A stretch of DNA of 64,000 nt, from assembly GCA_964016885.1 (NCBI GenBank), contig OZ024740.1, positions 242,792,001 through 242,856,000 of the forward strand, written 5' to 3'. The stretch's first letter is position 1. Every line of letters starts with the position of its first letter. This DNA comes from Eledone cirrhosa (taxonomy: Eukaryota). The notes below the pieces were generated by a model. That model ran no database searches and had not been told where the DNA came from. It worked only from the letters and a program-made list of their open reading frames with translations. This document shows, piece after piece, positions 1 through 11,804 of the stretch. Made by a program: the position numbers and the translations under genes.

Positions 1-205
1 ATACAGGAAGTCCTCAACCAATTCTCTACCAGATATTTTGTTTTAGTCTCATTCATTCTCAGCCTCACACTCATCGACACAGTCTCAACCTGCTGCATCA
101 AATCCTCTGCCTCCTTCACTGTATTTGTCACCAAAACTATGTCGTCGGCAAATTCAGCATCCGATATCTTTTTCGCCTTAACTCTCCTGCTCTATGCCTT
201 CCTGC
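1..205 (-). mobile_element. RTE-like LINE RT fragment, runs off window start
   Basis: Minus-strand translation RRVKAKKISDAEFADDIVLV...MNETKTKY contains the FADD RT catalytic motif. Confidence 0.8.
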
Positions 206-209
206 AGTC

Positions 210-493
210 ATGGTTTTCATTGACTTTAGGAAGGCCTTTGATTCTGTGGACCGTCACTGCCTAATGAAGATCTTAAAGGTTTATGGAATCCCCAAGAAGA
301 TGGTGGACCTGATATCACTGCTCTACACCAACACCAAAGCCCAAGTCATTACACCTGATGGGATGACAGAGTTCTTTAAGATACTGGCTGGAGTGCTCCA
401 GGGAGATACATTGGTTCCCTACCTTTTTATCATCGTAGTGGACTATTGTATGCGCCTTGCACTGGAGAAACACCAGGAACCTGGCTTTACTGT
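210..493 (+). mobile_element. RTE-like LINE RT fragment (inverted 5' segment)
   Basis: FIDFRKAFDSV...GVLQGDTLVPYLF RT motifs; ends at (TA)n. Confidence 0.85.
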
Positions 494-646
494 AATATAT
501 ATATATATATATATATATATAATTGGTGTGGGATGCTTAAAGCGTCTGTAAATGGTAGGCCGTTTGAGCACTCAATGCTCTTACAGAGCAGAGTATGATA
601 TCACATAAGAAACGGGGAATCAATGTTGTGACGAATAAAATTTATT

Positions 647-743
647 AGACATATTACAATCGTTTCTCTGGCGACCAGCTCGCGGCACGATCGATGTAAT
701 GATCGAACCTGACTCTGAAATCACAAGGTCCTCAGATACGTCT
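647..743 (-). ncRNA. Type-I hammerhead ribozyme motif with long stem II
   Basis: Minus strand agacgtat-CUGAGGA-(about 62 nt)-GAAAC-gauu-GUA-auaugucu; 8-bp stem I; followed by AATAAA. Confidence 0.6.
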
Positions 744-2104
744 CGATTCTACGAAACAGAGTTTCCAAATGTCCAGTTACACCCGCGGCCCTCACTCGGC
801 AGCTTAGATCCTGTTGTTGTCATTTGATAAGTGGTCAAGAATTGTACACATCATCGGTATTTTTGGCCACTCATGGCCATCCTATATTTGGTTCCTTTCA
901 TTTGCCACCTGTCAATCAAAGTTGTTTCTTAAATCGGAATTACTACTGTAGGCGGTAAGGGGTTGTATGATTGAATCACTCACGCCCTGTCGCAGCCTTC
1001 CTAACCTGTAGGCGCCCGCACCCATGTCCATGTTTCGCGCAGGCCTGATACATATGGGTACTTATACACCCACAGCGATCACATACACACCCAAAACTGT
1101 ATTATATGTGACAATCACGGTAGATATTGAATGTGCAGCGAATACTTAGAAAGAACTTTAAAAAAAATGGAAAAAACATTTAAAAGAACGTTTCAGAAAA
1201 ACACACCCTCAAAATACCTTAAAAAACACGCATTTCAAAAAGAAAAACCCTGTAAAAAGAACGTTTTTAAAAGAATGCTTGAAAGTATCTTTCAAAAAAG
1301 TTATTTCAAAGGTATTTTTGATAAATATACACATATCTACACACACACACACTGTACTCAGGAAAGCGTATATAGTTAAGACGCTGTTAATACAGATGAA
1401 AAAATACAGATGAAAAAATGGAAGATCTACACATACATATGTATACACTTACACAGACATGTTCATACAAATACATCCACCCAGACATGTATATACATGT
1501 ATGCATATGTGCATCGACACACATACATACATGTACCTGCACATGGGCATGCTTATACATCTCAAAAAAAGCACATACTTGATGAATACCTACATATCCA
1601 CACATATGACACATAAAATATTATATGAGACGACATTCTTGAGGCTTGGACCCAACCCATTCATGTGGCAATATAAGCCTGAAAGTGCATGCACAATATG
1701 CATAAATGCAATAGCTATGTAGTAGCCATGCACACATCATAGATAACATGGGTGGCACATATATAAATGTGTGTACGTACATAAAATAAAATAAAATAAA
1801 ATACTGGAAAAATGAATGTATACATGAAAAAGATGCAGAGGGGGTATCTGTTCACCTGGACATATTGGGATGTGCATAAAGTTGCATAAAATACCTGAGG
1901 ACTGTGATGCATAGGGTTATATAAGATACAGAAGGACTGATGATCCAAGGGACTGGGTAAGAGCCTGCACATCAACCATGCGCATGAGACAGGTTTCATG
2001 ACAGGTGGACACAGGGGACCGTGTAAATATACACAAACAAGTTATATATATTGTGAATGTGTAGAATATCCTTTTCATAACAGTATATATGAAATGTACA
2101 TGGA

Positions 2105-2670
2105 ATGGATGCATCAGTGGAATATACCAGCGGCTTGTGTTGTAGGCATGTGTATAGCATTCCTATATCCTTTGAGAATGTTGTAACCAGGTCAAGATTT
2201 TTCCTCATCATGCAATGGGTCGGTAGTTTTTTGCCAAGTGGGTGTCTTTGTTCTTGGGGACCAGTAATGTTTGTGCTAATGTCAACCATTCTGGTATAAG
2301 TGTATCTCCCTTAAGAACTTGTTGGTAGAGGTCGGTAAGGTACCTCCGATAGAATATCAGTTTTTTGTACCAGTAGCCGACAATCATGTCTCTTCCTAGT
2401 GTTTTCTTATCTTGGAGTTTTCCTATCACAGTTTCAAGGGTACCCTCACTTATTTTGTATGTTTTTGTTGTAGTGTAGGAACAATACTTCTTTTGGATTT
2501 CTTTTAGCCACACTGCATCTTGGTTGAAATTCTTCTTTTCACCCCATATTTTTCTCAAAAAGGATCTATGTCTTTCTGGGATAGGGCCTCAGTGACACTT
2601 AATATTTTGCCCTTCATATCTCTATAGACTGATGTTTGATTTCGTCTGAATCTTTTATTAAGCACTTTTC
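2105..2670 (-). mobile_element. Decayed R4/Dong-type LINE fragment
   Basis: IWGEKK...GRDMIVGYWYK...PEWL...LVPKNKDTHLAKNYRPI, homologous to the ORF at 17304. Confidence 0.75.
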
Positions 2671-4379
2671 TTTCATCTACCTTCTTCATGTATCGGCATA
2701 TGTATGTATGTATGTATGTGTGTATGTATGTATGTATGCGTGTATGTATGTATGCATGCGTGTATGTATGTGTATATGTCTGTATTTACAACGGACCTGA
2801 CATTTCTCTTTCTTGTATACATGATTTCCTTCTGACAGACGTTATCACCAACATAATTTCCAGTAAACTTGCTAATATATTTCATCTTTATAAATTAAAT
2901 GAATGCAACATACATTTTAGTGGATTCAAGATTTACTGATAATTACATACATAAATAAATAAATAAATCGATAAATCAATGAACAAAAACATAATTATTT
3001 AGTAAATTACAAAATATAAGTAAATATAAGTGAGAAATTTTTTCCATTCAGATTATCAAATCATATCTTGACAAAATTTAAACATTATTCATGAATATAT
3101 ACTGATAATTATTTCACAAAACCATTGATAATTGTTGAATTAGCTTAAGAATAAATAAATAAATATATAAAATGGAGCTACAGCATCTTACATATATTCC
3201 TGCTTTCTACAGAGTGCATCAAGTACATTTTATTGTGGCACTAGCATTAGGAATACTGTTGAAGAGTCCTCCCAACTCTTTACGGAGAGTACTGACTGTA
3301 TTTATTGCATTGATCACTAACACTAGAGAGTTTGTTGTGACTTTCACACAATTGACGGGTCCTCTCAAACCTTTGTTGGCATGGGTTTTACAGCTGGATA
3401 CCCTTCCTTCCTATCACCAAATACCTCATAGAGTGTACTGGGTGCTTTTTTGAGGCACCATCACTTGAGTGGTTGTGTTATGACTAGTGATTACTCTCAA
3501 CCCTTTTTGGCATGGTTCCTATTGCTAGAAGTCCTTCCTAACACCAACCACTGTACAGAGTGTGTTGAATGTGTTTTATCATGGCACCAGCCCTAGGGAG
3601 GCTGTTGGTCTTAGACTCAATGTGGCTGCTATTTTTAACAGATCAAGCGGCTATCATTGGTTTATCTTGTTGGTTGTAAGGGCTCCCTAAATAATTCACA
3701 AGTTTGGACAAGTGATATGGTGTAAGAGCAAGTTCCTGGTAAGTTTCTGGTAACTCAACCCTCTTCAAGTTACCTGTAATTACTAATTCATTTAAATTTT
3801 GTCTATATCCTCTTCATCACCACCCTCATCACATTCACCCTTCCCCAATCATGATGATGATGATCATCATCATCATCACCACCATCATCATTGACATCCT
3901 CAGAGTATTAACATCATTAGTTTTAACATATGTTTCTCTCTGTTGGCACTGGTTGGACTATGCCATTCCTATGTAATGGTACTTGAATGGCAGCCAAGAC
4001 TCTAATGTACTAAACCTCGATTATATTGCCAATGTCTACTTGCTATATCTCTACAATTACTATTACTGTAGACATTGACAGAAACAGGCATTAATTAATT
4101 AAACAAAAAATAAATGTTTACTCATCTAGTTTGCCCATACTCTCTACCTCACCTTCATTGGTCAGTGATACAAAAACTAAAAGTTTCCTAATTTTTCAAC
4201 AGTTACCATTTTACTGCAGCACCATCAACATGACCACAACTGCTACCAGCTCCACCACTGTCACCACTATAGTCTGTACTTTTGTCATCATCTCTGCAAC
4301 AACACATTTGTTTTGTTCTGTCTTATTAATAACTCCCAACCGCCACCTGTTCTGTACTAACAAGAATCCCCAGCACCAC

Positions 4380-4760
4380 CATCATTATTATCACCTTATT
4401 CATGACCATAAGTAACATTTCTACCATCACCATTACTATATACACACCATTAACATCATCATCATCATCTTCATTATCATCTTTCTCTTCCTCATCACTA
4501 TCATCAATCTTAACATTCTCATCATCACTTCCATCACTGCTACCACCAGCACCACCACCTTCAGCATCCCCACCACCTTCATTATTACCAACACCTTCTC
4601 CATCACTACTCCGTCCACCACCACCACCACCACCACCACCACCACCACCTCCTCCACTATCCTCACCATCTCTACGTTCTCCACCAACTACACCATTAAC
4701 CTACCCAACCGCCACCATCACCACTACTCCCTCCATCTCTGTCTCCACCAATAGCATCAA
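4380..4760. repeat. (CAC/CAT)n low-complexity tract
   Basis: Degenerate trinucleotide repeats. Confidence 0.85.
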
Positions 4761-4959
4761 CCAGCTATATTGGTCCTACCATCTTACTTATGACAGCATG
4801 AGATTCACTAATCCTAATTCTAATAAAAAATACTGTATTTGAATTAATTAATTAATTAATTAATTAATGGCTTAGAAGAATTTACTACAAATTATTTCAA
4901 TATTAATATGATAGTAGTAACATATCTCTTTATCTGTCTTAAACACATACCTAAACACA

Positions 4960-5500
4960 TGGCAGATCAAGCTACTGGAAAAATTCAATTAGCAATGCCT
5001 TCACTCCATTATGGGCATTCATTGGCAGGACAATGTAACAAACGAGGAAAATCTCAAGATGGCCGATATCACAAGCATTGAGAGCATGCTAATGCTGAGA
5101 TAGCTCTGCTTGGCAGGTCATGTCTCACACATGAACGACTCTAGGATGCCAAAGGCAGTTTTCTATGGTGAACTACGTCAAGGCAAGCGAAACCAAAGGA
5201 CCCATTCGAAAATGCTTCAAGGGCCAACTTAAGTGCTAGCTGGTCCAATATTGATCACAAGGAATGGGAACACCTGGCAGAAAACAGAGAGAAATGAAGG
5301 GCGACCATCAAAACAGCTGCAGCCAGCTTTGAGGAGGGCAGGAAGGTGGCAGCTGAAGACAAACGTCAAAGAAGAAAGCTGTCCGCCACCCAACCACCAA
5401 CTGACCAAGTACACACTTGCCCCAACTGTACCAGAGACTGTGGATCCAGGATTGGCCTCTACAGCCACCTCAGGGTATGCCCCACTTGGAACAGGACAAC
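4960..5500 (+). mobile_element. Old RTE (BovB-like) LINE 3' coding remnant
   Basis: GHVSHM..SRMPKAVFYGELRQGKR and C-terminal CPNC...SRIGLYSHLR; stops and frameshifts. Confidence 0.75.
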
Positions 5501-5878
5501 AATTCTTCCCACTGATCTTCACAACCAAAGAATTTGCCATTCATTCACATTGACATCATCATCATCGTCATCATCATCATCATCATTTTACGTCCGCTTT
5601 TCCCTGCTTGCAAGGGTGGGATGGGTCTTATTGACATATATATATATTGTTAGAAGGAATATTTTATTCTATTACAACTCATATTGCGATAATTTTATTG
5701 TATTTGTGAGCAATACACTTTATGCTAACATTACTTCAATTTACCATATACTCTCAAGACTATAAATTATTTATATTCCTGCTATAATTTCAATGCATGT
5801 TTGTAGTTTTTAATTTAACATATGTGTAAAATTTCAATGTATGGCAACAGAGAAATTGTAAACAAACGTTTATAATAT

Positions 5879-6235
5879 AATTGTTTCTACTTTTGGCACA
5901 AGGCCAGCAATTATCCCAGTGTATTACTGGTACTTTATTTTATCGACCCCATAAGGATGAAAGGCAAAGTTAACCTCGGCGGGATTTGAACTCAAACCAT
6001 AAAGGGACGTAACTATACTGGAAAGCATGGCGTCCAACTCTCTACTGGAACTGCCAACGGTTATAATATAATTGTTTCTACTTTTGGCACAAGGCCAGCA
6101 ATTACTCAGTGTATTACGGGTACTTTATTTTATCGACCCCATAAGGATGAAAGGCAAAGTTAACCTCGGCGGGATTTGAACTCAGAATGGCAATGCTCTA
6201 TGCATCAAAACATGGCGTCTGACCCTCTACCGATA
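5879..6235 (-). mobile_element. Two tandem tRNA-derived SINE copies (Meta-domain-like family)
   Basis: Box B GAGTTCAAATCC then GCCTTTCATCCTT..GGGGTCGATAAAATAAAGTACC; family recurs many times in the window. Confidence 0.75.
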
Positions 6236-7589
6236 ATATAATGTTTTCTAAAATTGACGGCGTGGGGAAAAGGATTTACTTGATTATCAATACCTAAAGG
6301 TTAATCATATGGTTAGAACAAGTTCTAGATTTTAATAGTCTTTTATATCATACACACACACATATATAGATCATCATCATCATCATCATCATTGTCATTT
6401 TAATGTCTGCTTTCCCTGCAAGCAAGAGTTGGACTATATATATGTATATATATATATATATATCACAACAAAAAGCACCCAGTCCATGCTATAAATATGG
6501 TTGGCATTAGGAAGGGCATCCAGCTGTAGAATCCGAGTGAGAAATGGTTCTGTATGAGCAAGAAACAGTCATATGATCTAACTTGTCACACAATGGGCAA
6601 TTGATCTAGCTATGCTAGTATGGAAAATGGACATTAAACAGTGATGATGATGATAACGATAATGATGATGATGTGTGTGTTTGTAATTAGCATTTAAAAG
6701 CCTCTACATAATTGCAAGAAATATCAGCCAAATCTCCCCCAAATTACACCCTACTTACTATCTTAAAAAGAGAAAAGATACATTATGCATGAAAAAGAAT
6801 GTGATGATCACAGCTGACCTTTGATAATTGTCATCATTATCTCATTCAACTTAAGACAGGAAAATGGTAAAAGCAGTAGTGCACCTGAGTAAATGATTTA
6901 ACAGTATTTAGCTCCATCCATAGTTCAAATTCTACTGGAATCAACTTTTGCTTTCCTGCATTTTTGGATGGATGAAATAAATATCAAGTATGTTACTCAT
7001 ATCATTTCCACAAACTATGGAATTTCCACAATAAATGTGTGGTTTTGTACCGCTTTAAGAAACCAATAAAGGTAAACACTAGATTTCAATAAGACAAAGA
7101 AGTTATTAGTGTTGTTTAAAGTCTTACCTAATCAATCAGGTCCAGCCCCAAACAGAAGGATGGGGGCTGATAGGTCAGTTGGCATATACCAAGGATTTTA
7201 AGGGCACTTAGTCCCCTTAAGTTTTAGTTCTTTTATTGTTCTGTTACTTGCAAGTACACCATGTACAGTACTGGTATATGTATATGCCCCTAACCTATAC
7301 ATAGATCATGTATTTAACACTAATTACAAAATGAGTAGTTTGAAATGCGGCCTACATTTTACACCTAGCTTGAAATTATTACCAGGTTTTGGGGGCCTAC
7401 ATCTGTCCTAGGTTTCACTCCATCTGTATTTTCAGGCACAGTATATTTAGAACTATTTAGAACTTCCCTTATAAGGTGGTATGGTATGATTTGAGAGAGA
7501 TTTGGTTACTATTTCATGCAGGTGGAGTGACCCTATAGAAGATTCCTTAAAGGGCTGTTCTGCATTGGAAATATTAAATTGATATCCTT

Positions 7590-8280
7590 TTTACCACCAA
7601 CAACTACCACCACTGATGTTGCCACCAATACCACCTTTACCACCTCTGCCACCAACACCGACCACTACTGATGCTGCCACCTATACCTCCACTTCCACTA
7701 CCACTGCTACCATCTTTACCACATCCACCACCACCACCATCATCAGCCTCAACAGCATTGTAGCATTATCTCACCATCACTGTCCCACTGCTGTTATCAC
7801 AACCACTAACTCCACCAGCTCTTGTCTTTATCACCCCCTCCCCATCACCCCCACCTCCAGTGCCAGTTCTTCTGTCTCTATCACACCCTCCCCACCACCA
7901 TTAACTCCACCAGTGTCAGCTCTTGTCTTTATCATCATCACCCCTCCACACCCCACCACCACCATTAACTCCACCAGTACCAGCTCTGCTGTCTTTATCA
8001 CAACCACCACCACCACCACCACCACAATAACCACCACCCTCACCACAGATTCCACCAGTACCAGCTCTGCTGTCTATCACAACCACCACCACCACCATGA
8101 CCACCACAACAACCACCACCCTCACCACAGATGCCACCAGTACCAGCTCTGCTGTCTTTATCACCACCACCACCGATGCCACCAGTACCAGTTCTGCTGT
8201 CTTTATCACCACTACCACTACCACCACAACCACCACCACCACCACCACTAATGCCACTAACAACACCAGTACTGAACCAA
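7590..8280. repeat. (CAC)n-rich minisatellite
   Basis: Core ccaccagtaccagctctgctgtctttatcac repeats between CAC runs. Confidence 0.8.
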
Positions 8281-10169
8281 TCAAACAATTATGGTGTAAT
8301 TATTACTTGAGAATAGTTTAGAATGTTCACCTCTTCTATGCCCCCCCCCACCACCACCACCTACTTTATCTCACTATACCTCCAGCTTTTATTCAATTTC
8401 CTCCATGTATTTCCAGCCTATCCAACACCTTATAATCTGGGATTAGTCTTACGGTAATCAGACATGTGTTCAAATTAGATCTTTAGCATATACATATGTG
8501 AATATTAACAAGAAATTACATCACCAACTTCATTTTATTCATTGAACAAGGGAAATAGTTATGTGGACAATGTGTGGGTTGTGTGTTCAAATCCATTAGA
8601 GGCAGGCATTTAAATCTCTCTCTCACTCTCCATCTCTCTGCATCTCTCTCTGTCTCTCTCTGTCTCTCTCTGTCTCTCTCTATTCCCCCCTCTCCCCCCT
8701 CACTCTGGTTACAGCTTTTAATTCAGCATTATCCCAGTTAAACTTTGAAATTAGACATTTTCTGTAATTTTCATTAAAATTAACAAAAACAGACCAATAT
8801 CATAACTCGAAATAGATTTAGCTATTATCTCCTCCTAAACATAACCTTAAAAATTTGTGAAACTATTATTCTTCCTCACAATTGCTAATATGCTTTCAAA
8901 CATGCTTTGATTCTTTTTTTTTTTATAAAAAAGAATAAGGTTTTGTATCAATTTTTTTCATTTCTTTTCTTTTTGATGAATTTTGTTTGATAAATTCGGA
9001 ATGTTCCAGATATTTGCTTGAATTGTGAAGAAATAATGTTAGATTCTATTAAAAATTTACAATTTTACACAGCATTAAATGTTAGATTTGTTTATAAAGT
9101 ATTAATGCGCTGCACGTATCTGGTTCAGAATAGGTACACCATGCCCTGGCATACCATAGGAGGTGACTAATAGGGACGGACCAGGAAGAACATACAGCCA
9201 TAAAACATTGCTTTAAAAGGGGCTACTGATGAGCCACAAAGCTAACCTTGTAGGGAAAACAATCTTAAAATTCTTGAATGTTATTGTTTGATTTTTTCAA
9301 CACAGATTAAATTTTGTTTCTGGTCCAAAGATTTGTATGATACATAGGAGTAAATTAGAAAAGAGTTGAGAGAGCATAGAATGAAATGTCTTGTGATATT
9401 TGTTTCAGCTCTTTGACAAATCTTGCTGAAATCAACAGTGGGTTGGTGAAATTATCAGAGCTTCTGATGAGATGCATTGTAGTGTTTGTTTCAGCTCTTT
9501 ACATTCTGAATTTTGTGATGGGTAGATTTAAGCCAGTTACTTGGTTTAACACCACCACCTAGTTCTTGGGTGCTTTTGATATAGTTTACTCTGTTGCAAG
9601 CATTTCAAACAAGTCTCTGGTTTGAGAAACACTTCCCTCCATTCCTCCAACTCATTTTGGAGGATTTGGAAATATAAAGAGAAGCAGTCTTGTATTCTCA
9701 GTTGCTTAATGCTACATGAAACTAGATAATACTCCAGTCTGATAAACCACTAAGCTCAAGAAAGACTTTTTAAGTATTACCAATCTAAGCTAACTCAACC
9801 TGTCATCTGAAAATCATTTTCTCTTTTTCACAAGTTTAAGACTAGCAACAGCAGCAGAACTGTATTATATAACTGCAGCAATTAGAATTCTCAGGAAGTA
9901 AAATGTAAATGATTTCCTCTTGTTGGAGTGTCAAAGTAGCATAAATTGATTAGGTTAAACGTAGAATGAAATGGGTGGAGGGTAATTTCACAGACCTATT
10001 TATTATACATTATATGGGAGGCAAAAAAAGAAGTGCAATACCGATGTGAAAACAGGAATGATAATGAGAGCACAATATAATCTTTGCCCCTGTTACATTT
10101 AAAATTTATTGGACAATTCTCAATTTCTCGTGCCCTCTCTCTTTTTTTCTCCTTCTATTTCACTCTCTG

Positions 10170-10186
10170 TATAATATATATATTTA

Positions 10187-10234
<48 letters not shown>

Positions 10235-10235
10235 C

Positions 10236-10319
<84 letters not shown>
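10170..10319. repeat. (TA)n microsatellite
   Basis: Direct. Confidence 0.95.
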
Positions 10320-10321
<2 letters not shown>

Positions 10322-10872
10322 TCATCATCATCATCATCATCAACGTTTAACGTCCGTGTTCCACGCTTGCATGGGTTTGGACGGGGGTTTTCCCACTTGA
10401 GGCAAGAGTGATTGTCTTGCTCGCATAGGACTGTCTGGCAGGTTTTCTACAGTTGGATGCCCTTCCTAACACCAACCACATTTACAGTGTGGGTCTGGGA
10501 GGTTTTTACCGTGTTGCCTACACGGCCACATTACAGCGTGGACTGTGTGTTTTTTTGTCGTGACACCTACACAATCTCATTTGTTTCGGCCTGGATGGTG
10601 TGGCACCAACATAACTTTACATAGAAGGGGGTGGTGTGGATGGGGTGTGGGGGGGGTGTATTTTGTTAGAGATGCCTACTGACTGTAGTAGGTTTTACTA
10701 TGTATTTAGGCAAGGCAGGTCTTCTCCATTACTGAGTACCGCCAAAGGTCTCGGTCCAGTGACATTGTCTTGGAGAGGTGTAAGTGTGTGAGGTCGGAGT
10801 TTATCAGCTCGTCCCAGGTTTTTCTAGGTCTGCCTATTCCATGGCTACCGTCTATCTTTATTGCCCGGCACT
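10320..10872 (-). mobile_element. 5'-truncated RTE LINE (C-terminus, 3' UTR, (ATG)n tail)
   Basis: GRPRKTWDELI...DRDLWR; 3' UTR closely matches 11802-12460. Confidence 0.85.
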
Positions 10873-10897
10873 TTATATATATATATATATATGTATA

Positions 10898-10928
<31 letters not shown>

Positions 10929-10972
10929 GCCCCAGCATGGCCTCAGCCGGATGGCTGAAACAGGTAAAAGAG

Positions 10973-11026
<54 letters not shown>

Positions 11027-11540
11027 TTATATTGCATTTGTCTGTTTCTCTCTTTCTCTCTTACTGCTCCCTCATTCTCTCTGTTTCTCTCACCTTCTTT
11101 CGCTCCCTCTGTCAGTTACACTTTCTCTCGACTGACCTGTTCCTCGCACTTCCACTCACTCACTCTCTTTTTCTCCCCTTCTCACTTCCTCCCATTTGGT
11201 TAATAGCGGGGTCCTTTCTTGCTCACATCTCACTCACGTCGGACGGTCTGTATTTTTAGCGCTCATGAAATCCACCCAGCTTATGCTGACCGGATAACTA
11301 TGTTGCTTGTTTTTTTCCTATCTTCGGTTTGCTTTTATCCTTCTATGTTGTTTACTTGTCTCATTTGCTTTACGCGCTTCACTTGTCCCAATAGCTTTTT
11401 TTAGTTATTGCTCGCACCAACCTGAGGTATATGATTTTTAATGCGATGAAATACCAATGATGGTTGGCAAATCACTGACGAGGGACTAATTTTATAATAT
11501 GTAACCCATGTGCAACCACGCAGTATTCCTCTTTCTTCTC

Positions 11541-11632
<92 letters not shown>

Positions 11633-11764
11633 TATGTACATATATATATATATTATACAGAGAGTGAAATAGAAATAGAATTTATAAATTTAATTTATAA
11701 TAAATTGAAATGAAAGCAACTGGTGCGTGTGTTTCTTATTGGCAACATGACCCTCCCAAAGTAT

Positions 11765-11801
<37 letters not shown>

Positions 11802-11804
<3 letters not shown>

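Noticed and set aside
1131-2100. Short Lys/His/Tyr-rich ORFs
   Set aside because: A-rich and CA/TA-rich degenerate repeats with no recognisable domain
4131-4842. Poly-Pro/Ser ORFs
   Set aside because: Trinucleotide low-complexity sequence
7616-8321. Mucin-like Thr/Pro/His-rich ORFs
   Set aside because: Open in several frames on both strands because of (CAC)n; no convincing splice or domain evidence
11465-11530. CTGACGA-ggg...ccc possible hammerhead
   Set aside because: No GAAA at the required position; at most a remnant
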